A DNA stretch of 57,432 nt, from the IMG/VR virus record IMGVR_UViG_3300036794_000037, positions 1 through 57,432 of that record; one strand, 5' to 3'. Positions 8,021-16,321 of this stretch are shown here, in pieces. The position numbers and the translations under genes were made by a program. This DNA is from a virus (Duplodnaviria; Caudoviricetes). How positions within the stretch are numbered: position 1 is the stretch's first letter; each line of letters starts with the position of its first letter. Under the pieces are notes generated by a model. That model saw only the letters and a program-made list of their open reading frames with translations, had not been told where the DNA came from and did no database searches.

Positions 8021-8051
8021 CCGGTCGCAGATACCAAGCCTCTGCGCTGGC
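8021..8051 (-). repeat. Co-varying hairpin element, copy 3
   Basis: CCGG-T-CGCAGA-TACCAAGCC-TCTGCG-CTGG. Confidence 0.75.
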
Positions 8052-8052
8052 G

Positions 8053-8277
8053 CTACAACTGGAAGTCCTCTTCCCCGAACGGGTCCTCGTCGTCGTTCTC
8101 CGCTATCTCCGCCGTCAGGGAATTCATGGTCGCGCTGAAGCTGGCGTCCTCGTCGAACGCCCGATGGGACAGGAGCATCGATCTCCCGAGGACCATGATC
8201 CTCTCGCCCTCGTCGATGCCCTCCCGGATTCTCCAGTTCGAGGGATAGCCGGGGATCAGTAAGCGGTGGTCTTCCAT
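8053..8277 (-). CDS. Acidic hypothetical protein, probably leaderless
   Basis: ATG 6 nt after the class II -10 (8284-8312); TTA at codon 6. Confidence 0.65.
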   Translation of the reverse strand: MEDHRLLIPGYPSNWRIREGIDEGERIMVLGRSMLLSHRAFDEDASFSATMNSLTAEIAENDDEDPFGEEDFQL

Positions 8278-8693
8278 GTCTCCAGCATGCCAGGCCGGGG
8301 CCGTCGTGTCAGAACAGACCGCAGGGCCGGGAAAACCAGGATTAGGGGAGAATTTAGGGAGTGTGATTTGCGTCACAAGCCCGTGACAGGAGCGGGTTAC
8401 GGGAGTAGTTTTCGGGGAGATGAGGCAGTCGCGGCAGCCCGTGCCGCGCGGGGGGTCTGCCCCGTCCGGAGACGGAGGTGAGGTCCCCTACCCCCCTTGC
8501 CCCGTCGCCAGGGAGTCCCGGGCTCGACCGGACAGGGTCACCCCCTTTAGAGTCCGGGGCTCCCGCAGACACCTAGCGGCGCACCGTGAGGGAGGCAGCC
8601 GGGAGGCAGTGCAGCACCCCGAGGCCACGCACACCTGCCGACTGGCGCGGTGCGCCGCTAGGCCCCGAAATTCCGAATATGGAAGGGGACGAC

Positions 8694-9164
8694 ATGAGAT
8701 TCCGTTTCTGGAAGCGCGGACGGCACGAGTTCCGCGAGGAAGACAACACGGACTGGGTCCGCTCGCTAGCCTGGGCCGACGAGCCCGTGCCGCCCCAGAG
8801 GCCGTCGGAGGACGAGCCGACCGAGGAGTGGAAGTGGCCGCCGCAGAGCATACTCAGGCGCATCCTGGACGGGCTGCGGGGCCTCCCTGACGGCCCGGTG
8901 GAACTGGAGGCCCGGCTCCGGGACGCCATGGCGAGCATGCCAGTCCCGGAGGAGACCCCGCCGCCGAAGTGGCGGCGTCCCCCGCGAGAGCTGCTGGAGC
9001 GGGTCCTGGAAGGACTGAGGGACCTGCCCGTCGAACAGGTTCCCCCGATGGAGTGCTGGCCGATGGCCCACGACTGGGCGAACTATCTCAGGCAGGTCGC
9101 CCGCGACACCGGGACGCACACGAGCATGGAGCACACGGCGGCCTGGGTCCGGCCGAAGCTCTGA
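8694..9164 (+). CDS. Hypothetical protein with an internal repeat
   Basis: WKWPPQSILRRILDGLRGLP / WRRPPRELLERVLEGLRDLP. Confidence 0.65.
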   Translation: MRFRFWKRGRHEFREEDNTDWVRSLAWADEPVPPQRPSEDEPTEEWKWPPQSILRRILDGLRGLPDGPVELEARLRDAMASMPVPEETPPPKWRRPPRELLERVLEGLRDLPVEQVPPMECWPMAHDWANYLRQVARDTGTHTSMEHTAAWVRPKL

Positions 9165-9170
9165 AATGAC

Positions 9171-9227
9171 AAGGCCCCCGGGCGTCGGCGGAGCAACCTA
9201 TTTCACTCCAACCGTCCCGGGGGCCTT
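9171..9227. terminator. Long hairpin between convergent genes
   Basis: AAGGCCCCCGGG...CCCGGGGGCCTT. Confidence 0.6.
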
Positions 9228-9234
9228 CCCGTGC

Positions 9235-9636
9235 CTAGCCCTCAGCGATCTTGCGGAGGGCCAGCCTCCGCTCCGAGATCTGCGCCTCCAGCCCCATCAG
9301 CTCCTGCTCGATCGCGCTGGCCCGGTTCCGCACTTCCTCGGTGGGCGCGGCGGGCGCGGTCTCCTCGGTAGCCCAGGAGAAGAGCGTCGCGAGGTTGACC
9401 TCCGCGACCTCGAAGCCCTCGTGCCGCAGGACGACGTACATCTCCTGCTGCCCCTCGCCGAACGAGCGGGGCTCGCCGTCCCGGTCATGGCCCCAGAACC
9501 CGGCGTTGTCGAAGTTGTCGCCGTGGAACTCGGCGTCGATCTCCACCTCATCCGGCTCGTGCCAGTCGCCCCGGAGCTGGTGCTCGCGGGCGAACTTCAC
9601 GAGGTCTTCCCGCTTGTCGATGCGCTTGATAGTCAT
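9235..9636 (-). CDS. Hypothetical protein
   Basis: High-GC3 ORF MTIKRIDKRED... Confidence 0.7.
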   Translation of the reverse strand: MTIKRIDKREDLVKFAREHQLRGDWHEPDEVEIDAEFHGDNFDNAGFWGHDRDGEPRSFGEGQQEMYVVLRHEGFEVAEVNLATLFSWATEETAPAAPTEEVRNRASAIEQELMGLEAQISERRLALRKIAEG

Positions 9637-9809
9637 CCGCCGAACCTTTCCCGTACGTTGCGCGATCCGTTGGTGTAGTCGATGGCCGTGGCGATCTGCA
9701 TCCCGATCACCGTGTACTCCTTGACCGAGATCTCCCCGGCCTGGAGCGCCTTGCTGGCGGTCGCGTAGGCGCGGTCGAGATCCGCGAGAAGCTCCTCCTT
9801 GACGGTCAT
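9633..9809 (-). CDS. Small hypothetical protein
   Basis: GAGGAG SD; MTVKEELLADLDR... Confidence 0.55.
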   Translation of the reverse strand: MTVKEELLADLDRAYATASKALQAGEISVKEYTVIGMQIATAIDYTNGSRNVRERFGG

Positions 9810-9826
9810 TTCTCCTCGTCCTCCGC

Positions 9827-9979
9827 TTAGCTGACGTGCCGTGACCAGCCCGCGTCGAACACATCGGCCAGTATCGCCCGGATGACGCGCGGGTCTACTT
9901 CCTCCTCGGGACCGGCGTTGCCGTACAGGCGCTGCATCGCGCGGTCGATGACCTGTTCCCTGGTCGCGCCCTTTGCCAT
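9827..9979 (-). CDS. Small hypothetical protein
   Basis: GAGGAG SD; MAKGATREQVIDRAM... Confidence 0.55.
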   Translation of the reverse strand: MAKGATREQVIDRAMQRLYGNAGPEEEVDPRVIRAILADVFDAGWSRHVS

Positions 9980-10425
9980 CAGTTCTCCTCGGTCTGCGGG
10001 TCCAGGTAGTCGGCGATGCTGTTCAGGGAGTCGGCGAGCGCGCCCCAGACTTCCTCGCGCGCCTCGGCGTCGTACTCCCTGTCCTCCCGGACCTGGTCGT
10101 ACTCCTCGGCGTACTGGTCGGCTTCCTGGAGCAGCTCGTAAGCGCCTTCGTCCCCGGTCTCCTCGGACCCGGGCAGGAGCGCGAGGAACTGCTCGACCTG
10201 CTGGACGGTCACCTTCGGGAGGAGCGGGTTCTCGTCGCCCGCCTCCTCAAGGTGCACCGCGAGGGACCGGAGGACGGACGCGGCTTCGTCCGCCGCCTGG
10301 ATGGCGTAGTCGGCCTCCTCATGGTGCTCGTCCAGCTCGCGGAGCTGGACCTGGATCTTCTCGAAGTTCGCGCTGTTCCGGCGGAGGCGGGAAAGGCGGC
10401 GGAGTTCCGTGGCGAGTTCACTCAT
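9979..10425 (-). CDS. Acidic helical hypothetical protein, probably leaderless
   Basis: ATG 7 nt after the class I -10; very high GC3. Confidence 0.75.
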   Translation of the reverse strand: MSELATELRRLSRLRRNSANFEKIQVQLRELDEHHEEADYAIQAADEAASVLRSLAVHLEEAGDENPLLPKVTVQQVEQFLALLPGSEETGDEGAYELLQEADQYAEEYDQVREDREYDAEAREEVWGALADSLNSIADYLDPQTEEN

Positions 10426-10432
10426 GGAACTG

Positions 10433-10461
10433 ACTTTACACGCGACTCACGATCTTGTCAA
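10433..10461 (-). promoter_or_regulatory. Class I promoter (TTGACA-N17-TAAAGT)
   Basis: Repeated motif. Confidence 0.8.
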
Positions 10462-10587
10462 AACGGGGAATCCTCCGGGCGATACGCCTGACCGGCATGG
10501 TGATCGTCCTCGCGAACCAGGAGGCGGCCCGGACACGGCAAGGCCCCCCGAAAACCGGAATTGGCCGTGAATTCGGGGACCTTGGTC

Positions 10588-10941
10588 CTACTGCTGGCTG
10601 ACCCGCTGCTCCAGCTTGTTGATCCGGCGCTCGTAGTTGACGAGGAGATCCTGGAGCCACTCGGGGGACTGGGACTTCTCGATGTAGCTGGCGAGCTTCT
10701 CCGCCCGGGACTCCGGCTTCTCCCGCTCGACCGTCACGTAGGTCTCCTGGACGGTCACCTCCCGGACGCGGAAGTCATCCTCGTGATAGAGGCCAGTCTG
10801 GATGTGGCTGTCCAGGGCCTTGAAGGCATCCTCGGCCGTGACGTAGCGCTGGAAGCCGCTGGACCTCCAGTGGAACCCGCCGGACACGCTGCGCGTCCGC
10901 TGCTGGATCTCGAACCTGCTGTACTTCATGATGGCCTCCAT
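10588..10941 (-). CDS. Hypothetical protein
   Basis: High-GC3 ORF after the class II promoter at 10967-10998. Confidence 0.7.
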   Translation of the reverse strand: MEAIMKYSRFEIQQRTRSVSGGFHWRSSGFQRYVTAEDAFKALDSHIQTGLYHEDDFRVREVTVQETYVTVEREKPESRAEKLASYIEKSQSPEWLQDLLVNYERRINKLEQRVSQQ

Positions 10942-10969
10942 TTTGGCCGGTTGATGATGTCCCCGGAAC

Positions 10970-11419
10970 CTACGCGAGATCCTCCGGGCTGTCAGAACAG
11001 GGCTGCCCGTCGTCGGTCATGATGTTCGAGGTGATCTTCATCAGCTCGACCTGGAGCTGGATGTTCTCCGTGAAAAGCCGGTTCGACCCCGCGTCCAGCT
11101 CGGAGTAGTAGTACGTCTTCGGCCTGGCACTGAACTCGAAGGTCATGACGGGCTCGTTCCCGGCCGTCTCCACAGTCCGGTGACCGGAGCCGACGTAGAC
11201 AGGGCGCGACTCCAGGAGGGTGACGCGGACGTTGCGCCAGTCCGCCAGCCGGACCCAGGACCGGAGGTAGTCATAGGGCGGGCAGAGCGCCCGCGTGATC
11301 CGGACGACTGACTTAGAGCCGTCAGGCTGCCTCGGCGCGAGTCCGGTGACCGACATGACTCCCAGCTCCGAGCCGTCGATCTCGACCGTGAAACGGTGGC
11401 TGCGCGGTAATTCCTGCAT
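10970..11419 (-). CDS. Tail tube protein gp19-like (divergent)
   Basis: HRFTVEIDG...SVTGL...RNVRVTLL...PKTYYYSELDAGSNRLFTENIQL matches the T4 gp19/Afp tube pattern; TTA at codon 4. Confidence 0.65.
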   Translation of the reverse strand: MQELPRSHRFTVEIDGSELGVMSVTGLAPRQPDGSKSVVRITRALCPPYDYLRSWVRLADWRNVRVTLLESRPVYVGSGHRTVETAGNEPVMTFEFSARPKTYYYSELDAGSNRLFTENIQLQVELMKITSNIMTDDGQPCSDSPEDLA

Positions 11420-11489
11420 AATGATTCTCCATGGTGATGGTCAATGATGCCGCCACGCTACCCCAGCCTGACCAGGACGTCAGAACAGG

Positions 11490-12225
11490 CCATGCCCCCC
11501 GAAATTCCTGGCTTATTCCTAATTGGGGTAAGCACGCAACTGCCTGGCTCCTCGAACGCCTAATTCTCGAATTTCTCCATTAGCGCCAACCCCTTGAGGC
11601 CACTATTCGGGAATTCGGGCTCAGAGACAATTATTTTTACGGGCGCGCTCAACACGATCAAACATTGGTTTAACGGTACCCCCCGCCTGACCTGCGGAAA
11701 CGCGAGATTGGTATGGGTTCGCGAGCGCACAAACGCACATCGAGGCCGCTAATCATGTTCGATCGCCCCCGATTCCAACATCCGCGCCCCAATGCCCCTG
11801 TGTTCGAATCACTCGAACGGCGCTGAGGCTATCACGTCGGCCCGTAGGCTGCCAAACAGGCTGCCCTGATTAGAACACCACGTGGAATTAGGCCCCTGAC
11901 CAGGCATGGAAGGCATAGTACGCGGTTACAACGCTCGCAACGAGCCCCCGGAATCGGCCACCAAGGAGGCCACCTATCAGCTAATTCGGAATTTAGATGA
12001 TTAGCGGCCCCGGACAGGGATGGGTAATGGCGCTGGGGAATAGGTCTGGAGGACAGGCCATGTAAATGGGGAATGGCTGTTACTCCGCTGGGGAATGGCA
12101 ATGGGCTGCTGGGAATGGCTAGCCTACTGGTCATAGACGCCCCTATGCCCGCCCTGCTATCCCTTACTGTCCTATGTCCTTATGTAGGCTTACCCATTTC
12201 CCCCGAAATCCTGGGGGCGAGCAGC
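11490..12225. other. Large AT-richer non-coding region between divergent promoters (candidate origin or packaging site)
   Basis: No credible ORF; GGGAATGGC x3; GGTACCCCCC; flanked by outward-facing class II promoters at 11455-11486 and 12229-12260. Confidence 0.5.
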
Positions 12226-12266
12226 CCTGTTCTGACAGCACGACGAGCAGGTGGGAGACTGAGGTC

Positions 12267-12440
12267 ATGGACACCTACGCTTCCCCCGAGCCCTTCGCCG
12301 AGATCTCCGAGGACCATGGCGGCTACAGGCTGCGGGTCAACCACAACAAGACGCAGAGCACGTCACTGACCGAGCTGACCGGCGAGCAGCTCCGCGAGAT
12401 CGCCACGGCCATCACCGTCTTCCTGAACCTGGAGAGCTAG
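12267..12440 (+). CDS. Small hypothetical protein, probably leaderless
   Basis: ATG 6 nt after the class II -10 GAGACT. Confidence 0.65.
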   Translation: MDTYASPEPFAEISEDHGGYRLRVNHNKTQSTSLTELTGEQLREIATAITVFLNLES

Positions 12441-12443
12441 GCA

Positions 12444-12761
12444 GTGGTCTGCGTGAGGTGCGGGACTGTATTCTGCGACGACACCGGCTACTTCCCCGAG
12501 TACGAGGGCGTCAAGCGCCTGTACTGCTCGAAATCGTGTGCCAAGAAGGCAAAGCCTAGCTGGCGGACCTGCAAGTACAGGAGGCGCGAGCGCCTTCTCT
12601 GCGCGGAGCGGGGGAAGCCGTCATACCCCAGCGAGGACTGGGCGCTTGCCAGCATCGCATGCCATGACAAGGACGTCGCCCCGCTGCTGCGCCCCTATAG
12701 ATGCGCATGCGGATCATGGCACATTACGAAGCGCCCCCTGGAGACCGAGCAGGTTGCGTAA
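12444..12761 (+). CDS. Cys-rich zinc-binding hypothetical protein
   Basis: CVRCG...YCSKSC...YRCACGSWHIT. Confidence 0.65.
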   Translation: MVCVRCGTVFCDDTGYFPEYEGVKRLYCSKSCAKKAKPSWRTCKYRRRERLLCAERGKPSYPSEDWALASIACHDKDVAPLLRPYRCACGSWHITKRPLETEQVA

Positions 12762-12975
12762 ACCCTAGCGGTAGCGATAGGGATTACGTAAGTGGGGATA
12801 TCCTCACCTTCCCGCGTGTTAGCATATCCTCACGTCCCCGGCTTGCCAGCTTATTGTCACCGATCGCCGACATCAGCATCGTGTCGTCGTACGTCGATAT
12901 CGGAGTCGAGCAGGCTGACGTCGATATTAGCGTCTGGTGATATCACCTTTTGGCAATATCTCCTCCCAGCGCTAG

Positions 12976-13350
12976 TCAGTCGGCCCATTCCCACATGTGC
13001 GCCTGGCTGCCCGGGTCATAGGACACCGGTAATCTCTCCACCCCGAGCTGGTGCGCCCTCGTGATCCTGCGGTGTCCTTCGAGCACTTCATTCTCCCCCG
13101 AGTCGGTGCGGTGGAGCAGGACAGGATCGATGCTGCCCGAGCGGATGGGCTCATCCAGTTCCTGGTACCTGGGGTTGGCCGCTATGTAGTCGGCCTTGGC
13201 CGCCTCCACGTCCCGGACCCTAGTGTGGTCCCCGTGGACGGCGTCGATGTCCACGTAGTGACGCTCGGCCAGGGCATCCTGGGAGTGCAGATCGAGCAGC
13301 GCAGCGACCGGCATGAACTGGGTCTTGGAGATGTTGTCCATGGCGCTCAC
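12976..13350 (-). CDS. ParB/Sulfiredoxin-like N-terminal domain protein
   Basis: IRSGSIDPVLL...VLEGHRRITRAHQLGVERLPV (GxxR motif). Confidence 0.75.
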   Translation of the reverse strand: MSAMDNISKTQFMPVAALLDLHSQDALAERHYVDIDAVHGDHTRVRDVEAAKADYIAANPRYQELDEPIRSGSIDPVLLHRTDSGENEVLEGHRRITRAHQLGVERLPVSYDPGSQAHMWEWAD

Positions 13351-14006
13351 CAGCGTCTCCCCGAGATCAGGATGGCTATCGCGACGGCCATGGCGAGCAG
13401 GACCAGGGCCATGCCCAGGCTGCTATAGTTCACCGGCTCTTCTCGCAGTGCTCGCACCAGTGATACTCACCATGGGGCCTGGAGAGATAGTCCTCCATCT
13501 TCCCCATTCCCCGTGCGTGGTGACGCGATAAGCGCATCCAGAAATGGAGCAGCGCGATGCGCAGCCTGTGCCGCTGCCTGCGCGCGGGGAGAGTCATGGT
13601 GCCCATCTGTTCATGGTACGCGTGTGTTTGCGTCAATCGGGAACGGGAAGTAGCGTTCCTGGAGGGCGACCGGAGAGGAATTAAGGTGGAGCACTTCGAG
13701 AGGCTGATGGAGACCAGGGACCATCGAGATGAGGCATGGGAACTCGCCCGCGAGTACCGGGACAAGATAAGAGAGCACGGGCTGCCCCTTCTCGTGGGGG
13801 TCAAGCCCGTGCGCGTGTTCGTCAAGCGGGGGTGCGCCGTCGATGTCTACGGCGTGTACATCACGTCTGCGCGAGGCGCTCCACCTCGAAGGCGCACGCC
13901 ACGTCAACCGGGAGCCCGCACTTGACACACCGGTCATGCATCCATCCGCACGGCGGAGGACACAGCTCCCGGTCGAACCAGGTGTCGGGCTCCTCATGAG
14001 TGCACA

Positions 14007-14297
14007 TCATGCCAGGCACACGAGGCCCTGGGAATGGTCGAAGTACAGTTCTTCCCGGACCCACGGAGCACCGTTAGGCGGCTCGGTCATGGCGCTGTGG
14101 AAGGTCCGCGTCTTCCCCCATTGCTTCGCGGGTGCCTCATGGGCGAACCAGAAGACATCCGTGCAGCGCGTGCACGTCATCTCTGTCCCGTAATCCTGCC
14201 TGCGCTTGCCGAACCGGCCGCAGACGAAGCAGTTCTTGAGCTTGATGGGCTCCCGGCGAGCAGGGGCGAGATCGAGCAGATTCGGATATGTGTACAT
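14007..14297 (-). CDS. Zinc-ribbon hypothetical protein
   Basis: CFVCG...CTRC. Confidence 0.55.
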   Translation of the reverse strand: MYTYPNLLDLAPARREPIKLKNCFVCGRFGKRRQDYGTEMTCTRCTDVFWFAHEAPAKQWGKTRTFHSAMTEPPNGAPWVREELYFDHSQGLVCLA

Positions 14298-14605
14298 CAG
14301 GCCCTCCCGGCGTACAGCTTGTCGAGCACGAAGCGGATCTCGCCGTCGTCCAGGTTGCTCTGGGTGCGGAACGCGGTGTGCACGACAGTCTCATTGACGG
14401 GGCCGTCATAGCCGGGGACGATCTCCAGTGCGACCAGCGTCCTGCCAGCGGGGCCAGGAGTGGCGGGCAGGCGATCTCCGTGGTAGAAGATCATGCCCGA
14501 GTGGTTGCCCTCGGAGGTGTGCGTAGCGGGGATGTTCTCCCACTTGACGTATGAGCCGAGTGTGCCGTGCCTCTCGGGCACGACCTGCATGCTTAATGAA
14601 ATCAC
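14297..14605 (-). CDS. Hypothetical protein, probably leaderless
   Basis: GTG 6 nt after the class II -10 TAACCT (14612-14643); TTA at codon 4. Confidence 0.65.
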   Translation of the reverse strand: MISLSMQVVPERHGTLGSYVKWENIPATHTSEGNHSGMIFYHGDRLPATPGPAGRTLVALEIVPGYDGPVNETVVHTAFRTQSNLDDGEIRFVLDKLYAGRA

Positions 14606-14614
14606 GCCATCAGG

Positions 14615-14860
14615 TTAGCTCGCAGATCCGCTGTCGTCAGAACTGACGAAGCTGCCCCAGGATGGCACGATGCGGATCACACCCTCATCGCGCAGGAGCA
14701 GCAGCGCCTTGCGGGCTGTGGTGCGAGCCACGCCGTATTCCTGCATCAGCCGGGTGATGCCCGGGACAGTCCTGGTGATCTCCCCCGAGTCGATGCGGTG
14801 CCTGATGTCGGCTGCCACCTGCTTATACGGCGGCACATCCGACTCATAGTCAACTCGCAC
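14615..14860 (-). CDS. GntR family winged-HTH regulator
   Basis: PPYKQVAADIRHRIDSGEI...LMQEYGVARTTARKALLLLRDEG...GSFV. Confidence 0.9.
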   Translation of the reverse strand: MRVDYESDVPPYKQVAADIRHRIDSGEITRTVPGITRLMQEYGVARTTARKALLLLRDEGVIRIVPSWGSFVSSDDSGSAS

Positions 14861-14968
14861 GACTTCAGCCTATCGATGCAGCTCAGGGCACCCATCACCA
14901 CCTAAGTTCATGGACTGGCATGGCTCGGCGTGATACGGTCTCGGCACGCCCCACGAGATGGAGTTCCG

Positions 14969-15181
14969 ATGCCAGTCATCAACGTGCCTACCGATGACGA
15001 GCTGGCGGCCATGAAGAAGTGGCTCCGCACTCATCCGTCCGACGAGATCAAGCGCGGCCCGGCCCTGGGCTGGTGCGCGTCACCCTGGGAGTTCAGGCGG
15101 GAGAAGCTGAGCGGCCCGCCGCTGATGCTCGGCAACGACCTAGGCCTCATGCTGGTCGTGCTGAGGCGCGAATTCAAATAG
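14969..15181 (+). CDS. Small hypothetical protein
   Basis: GGAG SD; divergent from GntR. Confidence 0.5.
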   Translation: MPVINVPTDDELAAMKKWLRTHPSDEIKRGPALGWCASPWEFRREKLSGPPLMLGNDLGLMLVVLRREFK

Positions 15182-15297
15182 TGCTCCCCCCGGCTCGGTC
15201 AGGTGTCACGTACCCGGGCCGGGGGGTACCAGTTCTGACGTGATGACCCTCTCCCGCATACGGTGACTCGACCAGCCCCGAGTAGCCAGGGAGAGCC

Positions 15298-15465
15298 ATG
15301 GAGCGCATCGCGTACAGCATCCAGGAGTTCGCCGACATGTTAGGCGTGTCGCGTGACTTAGTGAATGACATGCTGCGGGACCAGCAGGTCAAGAGTCTCA
15401 AGGCAGGCAACCGCCGCCTCATCCCCGCGACAGCCATCGATGAGTATCTTGCGAGCGCCGAGTGA
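15298..15465 (+). CDS. xis: Excisionase-like HTH protein
   Basis: MERIAYSIQEFADMLGVSRDLVNDMLRDQQVKSLKAGNRRLIPATAIDEYL; class II promoter at 15232-15264; two TTA codons (15340, 15358). Confidence 0.85.
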   Translation: MERIAYSIQEFADMLGVSRDLVNDMLRDQQVKSLKAGNRRLIPATAIDEYLASAE

Positions 15466-15470
15466 TGGAC

Positions 15471-15499
15471 TTGCGCTCATCGTGCATCGCGTGTAAACT
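15471..15499 (+). promoter_or_regulatory. Class I promoter for DUF2637-int (TTGCGC-N17-TAAACT)
   Basis: Only plus-strand copy of the motif. Confidence 0.75.
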
Positions 15500-15532
15500 C
15501 GCCCTCGTAATCCATCTCTTGGAGGGCACGCT

Positions 15533-16321
15533 GTGAAGAACCGATGGGTGGCTACGCTGGCCATCATCCTGGTCGCCGGGGTAGCCGCGTGGGCATCGTA
15601 CTGGCACATCACTGAGCTGAGCCTGGTCCTGCACCAGCCTCCGAAGATCGCCTACGTGATCGCGCTGGCCGTTGACGGCCTCGTGACCGTCGGCTCGCTG
15701 GCGCTCCTGGACGGGATGAAGACGGGCTGGGTTGCGATCAGCATCGGCCTCATCATCTCTGTCTATGCCAACGTGATGAGCGGCATACAGTTCGGGATCT
15801 GGTCTGCCATCTGGGCAGGCGTGCCGTCGGTCTCGCTGTTCATCGCGACCTTCGTGCTTGAGCGATGGCTGGCACACCGGGCACACTCTCCCGAGTTGGA
15901 GCACGCTCCTGTGCTCGCCGCCTACGACATGGTCGTAAGCACGCTGGAGGGGCACGCTGCGCTGCTTGAAGCACGCGAGGCCGTGACTGTGTCCGAGAAC
16001 GTGCTCGGTGCCTCACAGAGGCTCCTGGCGGCATACAAGCCCATCGTGATTCCCCCCGCGCCTGTGCCCGTGCCCGTTACCGAGGACGACAACGTTTGTA
16101 CCCCGAGGCGGGTACAAAAGCGGAGCACGCCGAAGCAGAGCACACCGCGCAAGGCAGTCACGCCCAAGCCCGAGCACAGTGACCTGCTCGCCGCGCTCAA
16201 GGCCGAGTTCGAGCACGAGCTGGAGCACGGCCTCCGCATCACCGTCCGCGCCGTGAAGCAGCGCATGCACGTCGCCACGCCGAAGGCACAGACCTACCAC
16301 GCGATGCTGGTGGCGGCATGA
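15533..16321 (+). CDS. DUF2637/SpdA-like membrane protein with C-terminal HTH
   Basis: VAGVAAWASYWHI...ALAVDGL...SVYANV; four TM helices; C-terminal TVRAVKQRMHVATPKAQ. Confidence 0.75.
   Translation: MKNRWVATLAIILVAGVAAWASYWHITELSLVLHQPPKIAYVIALAVDGLVTVGSLALLDGMKTGWVAISIGLIISVYANVMSGIQFGIWSAIWAGVPSVSLFIATFVLERWLAHRAHSPELEHAPVLAAYDMVVSTLEGHAALLEAREAVTVSENVLGASQRLLAAYKPIVIPPAPVPVPVTEDDNVCTPRRVQKRSTPKQSTPRKAVTPKPEHSDLLAALKAEFEHELEHGLRITVRAVKQRMHVATPKAQTYHAMLVAA

Noticed and set aside
11832-12369. ORFs within the large intergenic region
   Set aside because: Atypical codon usage and no SD; only 12267..12440 is supported
13347-14010. Several tiny overlapping ORFs on both strands
   Set aside because: Plausible, but starts and strands cannot be resolved, so they are not listed as features
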